Assembly (NCBI GenBank): GCA_964537895.1 | Contig: CAZIDK010000003.1 | Location: forward strand, 1,171-65,170 | Source of the DNA: an uncultured Gammaproteobacteria bacterium | GTDB taxonomy: Bacteria > Patescibacteriota > Microgenomatia > Levybacterales > UBA12049 | Direction of reading: 5' to 3' | Length of the DNA stretch: 64,000 nucleotides | In this document: in pieces, positions 30,744 through 40,069 of the stretch | Position numbering within the stretch: position 1 is the first letter of the stretch | Layout: the number at the start of each line of letters is the position of its first letter | Notes under the pieces: generated by a model | What the model was told of the DNA's origin: nothing | Databases searched by the model: none | What the model saw: the letters and a program-made list of their open reading frames with translations, nothing else | Translations under genes and position numbers: made by a program

Positions 30744-31196
30744 ATGAATAATATTTACTTCACCAACCAGGGAATCGAAAAGGTAAAAAAGGAATACGAA
30801 GAATTAATTTTAAAAAGAAAAGACGCCGTTTATACGTTAAAAAGAGCCAGGGAAATGGGGGATTTATCGGAAAATGGATTATACAAAGCGGCAAAATTTG
30901 AACTTGGCAATATAGACAGAAATATACGAAGGGTTAAATTTTTTCTTACCAAAGGAAAAGTAACGAATACGCCTCAAAAAGGAGTTATTGGGATTGGCTC
31001 AAAAATTATTATTAATGATAACACGGGAAAAAGAGAATTTAATATTGTCGGTAATTACGAATCAAATCCATCCGAAAACAAAATTTCGCACATTTCGCCT
31101 TTAGGCAAGGCTCTGCTTAATAAAAAGGTTGGGGAGACTATTGAAATTAAAACCCCTAGCGGCAAAAGAACCTACAAAATCCTCAAAGTCTCTTAA
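30744..31196 (+). CDS. greA: transcription elongation factor GreA/GreB family
   Basis: GDLSENG.Y and IS..SPLGKAL motifs. Confidence 0.92.
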   Translation: MNNIYFTNQGIEKVKKEYEELILKRKDAVYTLKRAREMGDLSENGLYKAAKFELGNIDRNIRRVKFFLTKGKVTNTPQKGVIGIGSKIIINDNTGKREFNIVGNYESNPSENKISHISPLGKALLNKKVGETIEIKTPSGKRTYKILKVS

Positions 31197-31261
31197 GTTA
31201 TTTTACCATTCAGATAAACCCATAGTTTGATTTTTGGGTTCAATCAGTATATAATACCACC

Positions 31262-32485
31262 GTGAGACCGGAAATTTTTAAACGCCATCATACAGAAGTT
31301 GGAAGTTCAACAGACCCTAATTTTATAAAACGAGAGCTTTTTAGAAAAGTTCCAAAAGAAGTGCTTCCCGGATTAAAAGAAGCCGTTATTTTCGCTGAAC
31401 AAGCCCACAAAGGGCAACGAAGAGAACAGGAAGACGGACCTGTTATAATCCACCCTTTAAGAGCTACTTATTCTATGGTCTTAGACGGAGTTACGGACAT
31501 TGAAGCTCTCCAAACCTGCGTCTTGCACGATGTCCTTGAAGATAACCCAACTATTGCACCCGAAGAGATAGAAGATAGATTTGGAAAAAAAGTAAGAGAC
31601 AACGTAGTCTTATTATCCAAGGAAATACAAGGAGTATTTAAAGATCTGGACGAATATAACTCCGATTTAGAGTCACATCCGGAAGTAGGAGAAATCAAGA
31701 TTTATGACAGAACTGATAATATGCAGGCTTGGGCAAGGTTTGAGGGAAAAGATACTAAAAGGGATTATAAAATACTTGAAACCCTGCATTTTATTTTTCC
31801 TCTTGCAGGATCGAATGAGGTGCTTCTTTCAAGGCTTAAAGCAGCGTTGCAAGCCGCAGACGCCAAATCAAGCAGAAAAAGAATAACCGAAGCAGATGTA
31901 GCGCTTGAGGAACCATTCTTGCGCGAAAGATTAAGGTCTCACGGAATAAATGTGGATTTATGGGGACAAGGTGCCACACGAACCGTAAGAGACTTGGCAA
32001 GAGAACTTCTAACGAAAGAAAGCACGCTTGAAGAAGGAAACGACGGAAGCCTTTTAAGAAGAACAAGCATTGTATCTGTTGATGTAATATTTGAAGATCC
32101 CAATATCGGTAAAACTTATCACTTAAAAGAAGATTATCAGAAGTTTCGGGGCGGCGCCAAAAGAAAAAGGCCCATTCCAAGGTCTTTATCAGAAAAACTT
32201 CGCTCTTATGACAGCGCTGATATCTTAAGCACAATAAGAAGAACCTGCGCAGAAGAGCTTCAGATTTTTAACATCGACGAAAGAGACGTTGCTATTGGAA
32301 ATATGGAAACAGAAACAAGAGTCTCCAAAGGATACTCCGGCCTAACTACCACTTTTAAGATATGCCCTGCAGTAGTCCGGCTAAGACCTTCGCAGTTTAA
32401 ACCGGAAGGATACTCGGAGACCCAACCAGACAAATCCACCTATTTCGCTTGGACTGAGTCCTCTCAAGACGGAGCTTCAGTTTGA
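31262..32485 (+). CDS. HD-domain (RelA/SpoT hydrolase / MESH1-like) protein fused to a putative Nudix-like domain
   Basis: AH.GQ.R, I.HP, LHDVLED and K..DR.DN motifs; C-terminal WG.G...V.DL..E and R...EEL segments. Confidence 0.75.
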   Translation: MRPEIFKRHHTEVGSSTDPNFIKRELFRKVPKEVLPGLKEAVIFAEQAHKGQRREQEDGPVIIHPLRATYSMVLDGVTDIEALQTCVLHDVLEDNPTIAPEEIEDRFGKKVRDNVVLLSKEIQGVFKDLDEYNSDLESHPEVGEIKIYDRTDNMQAWARFEGKDTKRDYKILETLHFIFPLAGSNEVLLSRLKAALQAADAKSSRKRITEADVALEEPFLRERLRSHGINVDLWGQGATRTVRDLARELLTKESTLEEGNDGSLLRRTSIVSVDVIFEDPNIGKTYHLKEDYQKFRGGAKRKRPIPRSLSEKLRSYDSADILSTIRRTCAEELQIFNIDERDVAIGNMETETRVSKGYSGLTTTFKICPAVVRLRPSQFKPEGYSETQPDKSTYFAWTESSQDGASV

Positions 32486-32714
32486 AACCCTCTGATATCA
32501 ATTTTCTTCGGAGAAGTGAAAAATTATTAAAATTTAGCCTCAATTAGCCTCAAAAAATTCATCTGCATTAGTCCTGTAGTAGGGAAGACTATAAAGCTGT
32601 AAAAAACGGGGACTTAATCTGAAACATAGCGTACCAAGAGTTGAAATGTTTTTAAATATATGCTGAAAAATAAGACGCCGGAAGAGGTCTTCTCCCAGGC
32701 ATTGAGCCTAGCTG

Positions 32715-32742
32715 GCGTCGTAAAAGTATTATTGTGCGACAT
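32715..32742. other. candidate dif-like Xer recombination site
   Basis: GCGTCGTAAAA-GTATTA-TTGTGCGACAT in an 11-6-11 imperfect inverted layout; matching half-sites upstream of xer. Confidence 0.4.
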
Positions 32743-33103
32743 AATCAATTACCCTCGCCCAGCTGCTTATAACACTAAATTTTCTCCCTAACACCCGCCG
32801 GGGTACAATATTAGTTATTAGCTACTAGATATTAGTTAGTAGTTAGTGCTCTCTTCAAATAAACCGCTAAATTATCTAACTACTGCGAGTCGTACAAGAC
32901 CCTCTCTCCACCGAGCCGGCACGTAGTTGAATTTAGCCCGTTATTATAAGCTAATCGCGTAATTTTAGCCTCAAAAATGTTGAGTATAGCAATTATACAT
33001 ACTAATCCTTAGAAAGAGAACGCGCCATAAGAGGCATTCGTATTTTTTTCATTAGAAACAGTTTACGATCCGCCTTTAGGCGGGAGTAGTTACTGTTTCT
33101 TAT

Positions 33104-33175
33104 GTCCGCCGATGATTCGCTCTTTGCGCCGTATACGAATAGTACTGAAAAGGCGCAAAGTAAGATTAGGCGGAC
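33104..33175. repeat. structured hairpin motif, copy 1 of 3
   Basis: Shares CCGTAT.CGAATA..GAAAGGCG..TAAG.TTAG.CGG with 36898-36972 and 43750-43856. Confidence 0.75.
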
Positions 33176-33495
33176 CAAACAGAGAGAAGACATGGGTAAG
33201 CCCGGTACGGTGTGAAAAGTCGAGTATATTTCCGTGAAAATAAAAAAGTTATCCACACCGGCCTCAAAATAAGTCCTATAATATTAAATTGGTTAGAGTA
33301 TCAAACTATATCACGTTCGTCGCTGCGCTCCTCAGTGCAAGCCCAAAGGACTCCTCCTCTCCCCTCCTTCCCTGTTTCTTTAAAAAAATTCCCGAAGCTA
33401 ATTGAAGCTAAATTAAATATAATTTAAGAAGATTTGTGCGTGCGTCAGAAACTATCAGCTATTTGCCATTAGCCAAAAACCGAAGCTGTGCTTCC

Positions 33496-34338
33496 CTAGC
33501 CCCAAGTGGTAAATAATACGAGAACGATAAATACAACTAATGCAACCCAAACGTATTCAACAATCACACTTTTGAAAAGTCTTTTTTCAAACCAGGCCTG
33601 AGACAATCCGACAATACTGTAGAAAAGTCCGGTTAGAAAAAGCGCAATAACCGTAGGACTGCTAGGCCAAAACCACAAAAGAATCACAACTTCAAAAAGG
33701 CAAAGGGCTAAGGAGAAAACCCATAAAGCGTTTGCGAATAGTTTTCTCTCAAGCGAATAAATCCAGATAGAATTTAAGACGAGAGGAAAACTGAAGCCAA
33801 AAATAAGAAGAAGCGTTAAAACAACGTTTATATGAAAAGTAAAAATTACATTAGCAAGAAAAAAGTAGGACAAAAGAGTTAATGTAAACACAACCGTTCT
33901 CGCGCTTGATAAAAGAGCTATCGTACGAACCGCGGACACGATAAAAATATTTTGGCTTAAAAAAAGTGAATAAAGACCTAACGCGTATAAGGAAGTCATA
34001 GCAATTCTTGTTAAAAGGCGCGCCGGAACAAGAAAGTAAAAAAGTCCGAAAGCAAGACTATAAAAAAACGGCAGTATAAAAATCTGCGGCCAAAAATTAT
34101 CTTTTAAATCTTCCTTCAGGGATAAAAACAAAAGAATGTCGGTTATGATAGAAAGCCCAATAATTATATAGAGCGCGGATTTGCCTAAAAAATATTCCGT
34201 AATAAAAAGTCCTAGAGAAAGAAGGATTACCGAAACTATCAGCCGCTGTCTTTTGCTTAAAATCTTAAACTTATTTAATCTGTTACGGGTAAGACGTGAA
34301 AAACCTTTATATGTAGATTTATTTCTGCCGTTAATCAT
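33496..34338 (-). CDS. multi-pass membrane protein (CPR-conserved, DUF5656-like)
   Basis: About 9 TM helices; NIF.VS.VRTI.LL..A motif. Confidence 0.8.
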   Translation of the reverse strand: MINGRNKSTYKGFSRLTRNRLNKFKILSKRQRLIVSVILLSLGLFITEYFLGKSALYIIIGLSIITDILLFLSLKEDLKDNFWPQIFILPFFYSLAFGLFYFLVPARLLTRIAMTSLYALGLYSLFLSQNIFIVSAVRTIALLSSARTVVFTLTLLSYFFLANVIFTFHINVVLTLLLIFGFSFPLVLNSIWIYSLERKLFANALWVFSLALCLFEVVILLWFWPSSPTVIALFLTGLFYSIVGLSQAWFEKRLFKSVIVEYVWVALVVFIVLVLFTTWG

Positions 34339-35066
34339 AAACTAACATTCATATTTGAGTATACTTTTTGTACATCATCCAATTCCTCCAAAGTGTTTAA
34401 AAATGCCTCTATTTTGTCAAACTTCTCCCTATCTGTAATTTCCATCAAAATCACCGGCTGTCTGACTAAACTTGCTTCAACTACTTCTAAACCCTTTGAC
34501 ATAAGAGCATTTTTTACTTTGGTAAGATCTTGTAAGTCGGTATAAATAAATAGCTCATCTCCTGCGTCTTCCAAATCCTCCGCTCCGCTTTCAACCGCAA
34601 TCGTAAAAATATCGTCGTAAGATTTATCTCCTTTTTTAACAATTATTTCTCCGACGTGTTTAAACTGATACGAAACCGACCCTGGTTGTCCAAAGCTTGC
34701 TCCCGCTTTATGAAAAATACTTTTTATTTCGGCAGTTGTTCTCATTGGATTATCTGTAAATGCTTCAACCATTACCGAAACTCCTCCCTGAGCAAAACCT
34801 TCATAGGTAACCTCGTGGAGCTCCCCTGCTTCTTTGCTGGTGGCTCTATGTATTGCTCTTTCGATGTTGTCTTTGGGCATATTCGCGGCTCTTGCGGCGT
34901 CGATAGAAAGCCTTAGTCGGAAGTTAGAACCAGGATCGGCTATTCCCCCACCCTGCTTTACGGCAATAGTTATGGCATTTGACAATTTGGTAAATGTTTT
35001 GCCGCGCTTTTGATCGTTTATACCTTTTTGTCTTTTAATTGATGACCATTTTGAGTGTCCGCTCAT
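34335..35066 (-). CDS. yebC: YebC/PmpR-family protein
   Basis: MSGHSKWS.IK, NMPKDNIERAI and DDVQ.VY.N motifs. Confidence 0.95.
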   Translation of the reverse strand: MSGHSKWSSIKRQKGINDQKRGKTFTKLSNAITIAVKQGGGIADPGSNFRLRLSIDAARAANMPKDNIERAIHRATSKEAGELHEVTYEGFAQGGVSVMVEAFTDNPMRTTAEIKSIFHKAGASFGQPGSVSYQFKHVGEIIVKKGDKSYDDIFTIAVESGAEDLEDAGDELFIYTDLQDLTKVKNALMSKGLEVVEASLVRQPVILMEITDREKFDKIEAFLNTLEELDDVQKVYSNMNVSL

Positions 35067-35071
35067 ACGTA

Positions 35072-35138
35072 GCAACTAGCCACTAGAACTTAGCAACTAG
35101 TTGTTAACTGAATGCTAAATGCTGAAGGCTAGATGCTG
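35072..35138. repeat. degenerate heptamer array (TAGCAAC../TGCTAAA..)
   Basis: About 9 imperfect 7-mers in the yebC 5' region. Confidence 0.65.
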
Positions 35139-35211
35139 ATATTATACCTTTTCTACCTTGACTTTTGCAATTGATTTGTAGTAAAATTTTCCAATCGATT
35201 TTATCTCCTAA

Positions 35212-35940
35212 ATGATGTCTTTAAAATTACAAGCAATACAAACAGCATTAACCGGTGATTGGAAAAACGCTATTAGTTTAAACAAAAAACTTCTTGATGA
35301 AAATCCCCAAAATATTGATACCCTGAACCGCTTGGCTCTTGCCTACGCTATTTCCGGCAAAGCAAAAGATGCAAAAGATACCTATCAAAAAGTTTTAGAT
35401 ATCGACCCTTTAAATCCAATTGCGCTTAAAAACGCCAAAAAATTAAAAGAGAGAACGTTTTCAGCCAATAAAACCGGCAACGCAGTTTTGCAAATAAGCA
35501 ATAACTTCTTGGAAGAAACAGGAAAAACCAAGGTGATTGAGCTCGTTAATACTGCCCAGCCGAAGATTATCCAAACCCTAAGAACGGGACAATTCGTTTC
35601 TCTTTCTATAAAAAGATCAAGAATCTTTGTCCTTGATAACGAAAATCAATACATTGGGGTTTTGCCCGACGACATAGGAAAAAGACTTATTAAGTTTTTA
35701 AAAAGCGGGAATAGATACGATGCCTATATCAAATCCGCCAATCCCCACCATGTTGTTATTTTTATCAAAGAAACAAAAAGATCTTCCCGCTACAAAGACC
35801 ATCCGTCATTTTTAAACGCTAACGATGCGGTTCTTGCCTTTGACAAAAACGGCAAAATAAAAAACAGCGCCAAAAAACAAGCCGAGGCTGAAAAAGAAGA
35901 AGACGCGGAAGGTTACGAATCGGAAGAAGAAGCAGAATGA
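35212..35940 (+). CDS. tetratricopeptide repeat protein
   Basis: TPR-like helices (LNRLA.AY...G....A...Y..VL..DP.N.IA); acidic tail. Confidence 0.85.
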   Translation: MMSLKLQAIQTALTGDWKNAISLNKKLLDENPQNIDTLNRLALAYAISGKAKDAKDTYQKVLDIDPLNPIALKNAKKLKERTFSANKTGNAVLQISNNFLEETGKTKVIELVNTAQPKIIQTLRTGQFVSLSIKRSRIFVLDNENQYIGVLPDDIGKRLIKFLKSGNRYDAYIKSANPHHVVIFIKETKRSSRYKDHPSFLNANDAVLAFDKNGKIKNSAKKQAEAEKEEDAEGYESEEEAE

Positions 35941-36078
35941 CTTTGAAAAATTACCCTGTTTTTATTAAGCTTTTTTCTTAGCTTATCAACGTCCGGTTTT
36001 GAATTTACTCCCCTTACCGACCACATGGCCAGAAGAATTGAAATTACCGCAATTATCAAAACAACTTGCAAAAACATA

Positions 36079-36879
36079 TTAAAATTTCAGATCCCTTAAA
36101 GCATCTTTACCGATAATTATTGTAACATCCGAAATGTCTCTTTGGGAAGACTTAACTGGTTTTACCCTCAAAAATGAAGCCAGTCTTTTAACCGTGTAAT
36201 TTAAGTCGCCCGAGTATAAAATCTGAGAGTTATCTTGAGGTTTATCCGAAGAAGAGACCAAAACTACATCTCCGCCTATATTGGCAATAAGAAACGCCAG
36301 TCTATTTGCCAATCCGTAAACTCTTGTAGCATTAATAATCTCTACCGTTGTTTTTTCATTTGCTATTGCCGAGTCTATAAAAAAAGATGAAACAAAAGCA
36401 TTAATAGTCAGAGTATCGCTGCTTAAAGCATCTCTTTGGTAAATAAAATCTATAGAAACATCTTTAGCAAAAAGCCAGAGTCTTAGGGCGTCAATAATTG
36501 TTAGGCTCGTATCTTGATCGCTGTATTGAAATAAAATTCTTGACATATCCAACGCAAGATTTTTCTTATCAATTATCATCTTGTTTGTCTTAAGCGTTGC
36601 ATCTATGGGAAGACCTATATATTGACTTATATTGTGATTGGAGAATTTACCTTTCAAATTAATAACCGCAATCGAGCGGGTTGCCGGTGAAAAAGAAACA
36701 ACCGAAACTTGAGTATCTTGAAATATACCTACATTAAATCTATTTTGACCGTCAAAACTGCTATTTTTTATTAAAATTAGAGTTTTTACGGCAATTGACA
36801 TTAAAATCAATAAAAATACCAAAGCACAAAAAACAATAGCAACGCTTAAGGTTTTACCTTTCTGTTTTTTCCGTTTCAT
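36079..36879 (-). CDS. LytR C-terminal domain-containing membrane protein
   Basis: N-terminal TM helix; VEIINAT...GLA and DVTIIIG.D motifs. Confidence 0.8.
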   Translation of the reverse strand: MKRKKQKGKTLSVAIVFCALVFLLILMSIAVKTLILIKNSSFDGQNRFNVGIFQDTQVSVVSFSPATRSIAVINLKGKFSNHNISQYIGLPIDATLKTNKMIIDKKNLALDMSRILFQYSDQDTSLTIIDALRLWLFAKDVSIDFIYQRDALSSDTLTINAFVSSFFIDSAIANEKTTVEIINATRVYGLANRLAFLIANIGGDVVLVSSSDKPQDNSQILYSGDLNYTVKRLASFLRVKPVKSSQRDISDVTIIIGKDALRDLKF

Positions 36880-36897
36880 AAGGATTAGTCTTTCTTT

Positions 36898-36972
36898 GAG
36901 CCCAACTAAAATCACTCCGTGAACCGTATTCGAATAGAATAGAAAGGCGAACGGTAAGATTAGGCGGGTTTC
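36898..36972. repeat. structured hairpin motif, copy 2 of 3
   Basis: As copy 1; overlaps the stop codon of the small ORF. Confidence 0.75.
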
Positions 36973-37094
36973 TTTTTTGATACTATTTCAGGCATTTGAA
37001 ATACAGGAGAGCCTCCAGTAGCTATATTTTTTGTTGTTTTATCTTTTTTAGGTTTTTTCTTTTCTCCCTTATAAAAACCTCCGAAACTTCCCAT
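36960..37094 (-). CDS. 44-aa Lys-rich small protein (MGSFGGFYKGEKKKPKKDK...KKKPA), absent from the ORF track
   Basis: AGGAGGTGA Shine-Dalgarno site 4 nt before the ATG; TTGACA upstream; open frame to TAA. Confidence 0.7.
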   Translation of the reverse strand: MGSFGGFYKGEKKKPKKDKTTKNIATGGSPVFQMPEIVSKKKPA

Positions 37095-37150
37095 AAAATC
37101 ACCTCCTTAATATACTAAATAACATTTTGGCCTTCCTGTCAATGTTTTTT

Positions 37151-37288
37151 GCACGTTCGATGCGACTCAGTACAAAAAATGCTGAGCGCAGTCGCACGTT
37201 CGATGCGACTCAGTACAAAAAATGCTGAGCACAGTCGCACATTCGACAATGCTCAGTGCGATACTGAGTTTATCGAACGTATCGAAGG
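37151..37288. repeat. tandem or nested REP-like elements (43-bp unit twice plus a divergent third; TTCGA..CTCAG family)
   Basis: GCACGTTCGATGCGACTCAGTACAAAAAATGCTGAGC.CAGTC repeated; relatives at 4661, 16036, 33312 and 43296. Confidence 0.8.
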
Positions 37289-37299
37289 TATTTTTGTGC

Positions 37300-38091
37300 T
37301 TATTGGCTGATTACCTTACTCAATTCCCCAGGCAATGGAGACTCTAATAAGACTTGCTTATTGGTTATTGGGTGTATGAATGAAATTTTGTGTGCGTGCA
37401 AGAAAACGCGCTTGAGAATTTTTCTGTCCTGCCTTGAGGTTTTTCTTCCCGCATATAAAAAGTCAGCAAAAATAGGATGACTAAAATACTTTAAGTGAAC
37501 TCTTATCTGATGCGTTCTTCCTGTTTCCGGATAAAGCTCCAGGAGGCTCATCGGCTCTTCTTTTTTTCCCGATACTAAATACTTAATACTTAATACTTTA
37601 TACTTCGTAACCGCTTCCCTACCGCCTGCCAAAACCCCAAACTTTTTTCTGTTCCAAGGCAGTCTTCCGACAGGAACATTTATTTCTCCTATCTCCGGCA
37701 CAACTTTCCCGTGGCAAAGCGCAAGATAAGTTTTTTTTATAACTCTTTCTTTAAACTGTTTTTGCAGATTTTCAAAAGCCGGAAGGGTTTTGGCAACAAG
37801 TAAAATTCCCGAAGTTTCTTTATCAAGCCTATGAACTATTCCGCTTCTTTTATAAAAATCCGACTCCTCGTCAATTCTGAATTCTGCCCGCCCCGCTTCG
37901 CTTGTCGAGGCTGGAGAACTCTGCCCGCCCCGCTTCGCTTGTCGAGGCCGGGGAACTCTGAATTTACTGTCCAGCCAATCCTGTACCGTTTCCTCCCCTA
38001 TCGTAGTATCGGAACGATTAACAGTTATTCCCGCGGGCTTATCCAAAACCAAAACGTCATCGTCCTCGTAAATTATTTTAATATTACTCAT
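37300..38091 (-). CDS. RluA-family pseudouridine synthase
   Basis: IIYED, KPAG, HRLDKETSG, TGRTHQIRVH and LHA motifs. Confidence 0.93.
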   Translation of the reverse strand: MSNIKIIYEDDDVLVLDKPAGITVNRSDTTIGEETVQDWLDSKFRVPRPRQAKRGGQSSPASTSEAGRAEFRIDEESDFYKRSGIVHRLDKETSGILLVAKTLPAFENLQKQFKERVIKKTYLALCHGKVVPEIGEINVPVGRLPWNRKKFGVLAGGREAVTKYKVLSIKYLVSGKKEEPMSLLELYPETGRTHQIRVHLKYFSHPIFADFLYAGRKTSRQDRKILKRVFLHAHKISFIHPITNKQVLLESPLPGELSKVISQ

Positions 38092-38780
38092 TTCAAAACT
38101 CTTTTCTTCCCCACTACCTCCTGTTTTAAAATAAGCGCAACCGAAACAATAAAGAGAACAAGTATGGTAAAATTTTCTAAAGATATTATGTTAAAACTTT
38201 TGAAGTTTGAAATAATTCCCGATAAAAAAGTGACTATTGAAAAATAAAGCAAAAAGATTGTTCCAAGGCTTCCGCTTTTAATTATTCCTCTAAAAGAAGC
38301 AGGCAGGGCAACCTTTATAAAAATAAGAAAAAGGATTGAATAAATTAAAAAGGAAAAAATAAAAGCCGGAAAATAACTTTTACCCGCCAAGATAAAAAAT
38401 CCTAAGAATCCTATGGGAAGACAGCTTAAAAATGCAACCGCAAAAAAATCAAATATTTTTGCAACAGGGAGCTTTTGACTTTTAGCATAAGCTGTTAAAA
38501 AAATTGAGCCTCCCAAAACTCCCCCAAGTAAGGAAAGACCGGGAAAATACGGAAAGAGAAGAAATCCTAAAGGGCTAAAAAAAACTTCTCTGGGGTAAAA
38601 AATTACGTAGAAAAATCTGGCGAAAAAAAGCGCGGCAACCGCTGTTAAAAATGCTGTATTGAAAACCCTATCCATTGGCAGATCTTTTCTGATAATTATC
38701 AAATCGTCGTTTGCCAAAAAATAAAGACTAAACAAAAATATAAAAAAACAGATAATGAGCACGAAAATTAACAAATGCAT
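38088..38780 (-). CDS. prolipoprotein diacylglyceryl transferase-like membrane protein
   Basis: AR..YV, GLS..GG..GG and D motifs typical of the Lgt N-terminal half. Confidence 0.6.
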   Translation of the reverse strand: MHLLIFVLIICFFIFLFSLYFLANDDLIIIRKDLPMDRVFNTAFLTAVAALFFARFFYVIFYPREVFFSPLGFLLFPYFPGLSLLGGVLGGSIFLTAYAKSQKLPVAKIFDFFAVAFLSCLPIGFLGFFILAGKSYFPAFIFSFLIYSILFLIFIKVALPASFRGIIKSGSLGTIFLLYFSIVTFLSGIISNFKSFNIISLENFTILVLFIVSVALILKQEVVGKKRVLK

Positions 38781-38783
38781 ATC

Positions 38784-40064
38784 TTACTTTCCTTTGGAAA
38801 AAACAATACGAAATCCCGCAATAACAAGAACGATTACGCCAATTCCCGTTAGTACTCCCTTAATTCCAATTAAATCGGCAAGGCTTCCAACCAAAATTAT
38901 TGGCAGAAGCGAAAATAAACCGACCAAAGTACTCAACGCTCCATAAACTTTACCTCTAAATTCATCCGAAGTTTCTTCCTGCAAAATTGTATTGGCCGGA
39001 ACAAAAACTAAAGCATTTGCAATTCCCATTACAAAAGCCAAGACAATCATAATATGAAAAGTATTTATTTTTAAAAAATAAGGAAGATATATGTTTATTG
39101 CCTGAACGATTTCCCTTGATTCAACCTTTGAACCATAAGGAAGTAAAAGAATGGATAAGCCCAATAAAACTAAACCTATTTTCGTAATCCTCTCTTTTGA
39201 AGCATTATGAAAAAAACTTCCTAATAAAATAGCTGCCAAAGCCATACCGATAATTGCAGGGGTTACAAAAAGAAACGGAAAATCTTCTACCCTTATTTTT
39301 AAAACGTGTTGTGCATAACCGGGGCCTATAACCGCCAAAACTAGAATAATTACCTGCGCCAGAGTCAAAAGAAAAAGTGCTCTATAAATTACCTTTGTTT
39401 TTGCCATTATTGAAATTGCAAGCTTTATTTCATTAGCAAGGCTTACGTTTTCAATAACATCTTTTGCCGATAGTCTCTTTTTTTCAGGTTCTTTTACTTT
39501 AATAAGAAAGGCGAAAAAAGCACCGATTAGGAAAAGGAAGGCAAAAACAAAAAAAACATTTGTTCTGCCAAAAATAAGAAGCACTGGTCCGGAAAGCGCA
39601 TAGGCAACAAATATTGAACCGTAAATACCGATACCAAAAAGCGCATTGGCGGATAAAAGCTGATCTTTTTTAACCAGGCGCGGAATTATCGGAGTTTCCG
39701 CAGGAATAAAAAACTGCGTAATAAAAGCTACAGCAAACGTAACTATATATATAACAAAAATGTTAGTGTGCAAAAATGCAAGCGGCAAAACAAAAAGAGC
39801 GCGGAGAACGTTTGTCGTAAATAGGACTTTCTTTTTGTTTTTTTTATCGACAATCACTCCTGCCATTATTCCGAATAGTAACGACGGGAGAATAAATGAG
39901 AGAACAACTCCTGAAACAGCCGCATTCGAGTTTGCCACTGTAAAAGCAACTATTACGAGAACAAAATTGAGCATGTTTATTGCCATTTGAGAAAAAATTT
40001 CCGATACCAAAAGGTAAAAAAATGGCCGCACCGCAAGAACTTGTAGGATTTTATTGTTCTTCAT
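38784..40064 (-). CDS. MFS transporter
   Basis: 12 TM helices; G..VD.. motif A and RGKVYG. Confidence 0.9.
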   Translation of the reverse strand: MKNNKILQVLAVRPFFYLLVSEIFSQMAINMLNFVLVIVAFTVANSNAAVSGVVLSFILPSLLFGIMAGVIVDKKNKKKVLFTTNVLRALFVLPLAFLHTNIFVIYIVTFAVAFITQFFIPAETPIIPRLVKKDQLLSANALFGIGIYGSIFVAYALSGPVLLIFGRTNVFFVFAFLFLIGAFFAFLIKVKEPEKKRLSAKDVIENVSLANEIKLAISIMAKTKVIYRALFLLTLAQVIILVLAVIGPGYAQHVLKIRVEDFPFLFVTPAIIGMALAAILLGSFFHNASKERITKIGLVLLGLSILLLPYGSKVESREIVQAINIYLPYFLKINTFHIMIVLAFVMGIANALVFVPANTILQEETSDEFRGKVYGALSTLVGLFSLLPIILVGSLADLIGIKGVLTGIGVIVLVIAGFRIVFSKGK

Positions 40065-40069
40065 AAATT

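Larger units (their letters stand above)
32531..33414 (-). ncRNA. candidate large structured non-coding RNA or element (about 880 nt)
   Basis: 21-nt terminal inverted repeat (mismatches become G-U on the minus strand) enclosing at least 5 long hairpins; no credible ORF. Confidence 0.4.

Noticed and set aside
33125-33222. Group II intron domain V (GCCGTATACG..., CGGTACGGTGTGAAAAGTCG)
   Set aside because: The pieces do not form the contiguous DV hairpin with an AC bulge; no maturase and no interrupted gene
33249-33257. oriC (perfect DnaA box TTATCCACA)
   Set aside because: A single box with no cluster and no dnaA nearby
33190-33375. RNase P RNA (GAGGAGGAGTCC ... GGGCTTA on the minus strand)
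   Set aside because: Lacks GAGGAAAGTC, the ACAGAA..GCTTA end and the internal conserved regions; too short
33002-33427. ORFs 33002..33256 and 33212..33427
   Set aside because: No SD or promoter support, no recognisable motif, and they run through hairpins and repeat elements
36898-36972. Integron attC site
   Set aside because: GCCCAAC fits R'' but there is no GTTRRRY partner, and the other two copies lack both boxes
37151-37288. CRISPR array
   Set aside because: Head-to-tail tandem units with no unique spacers
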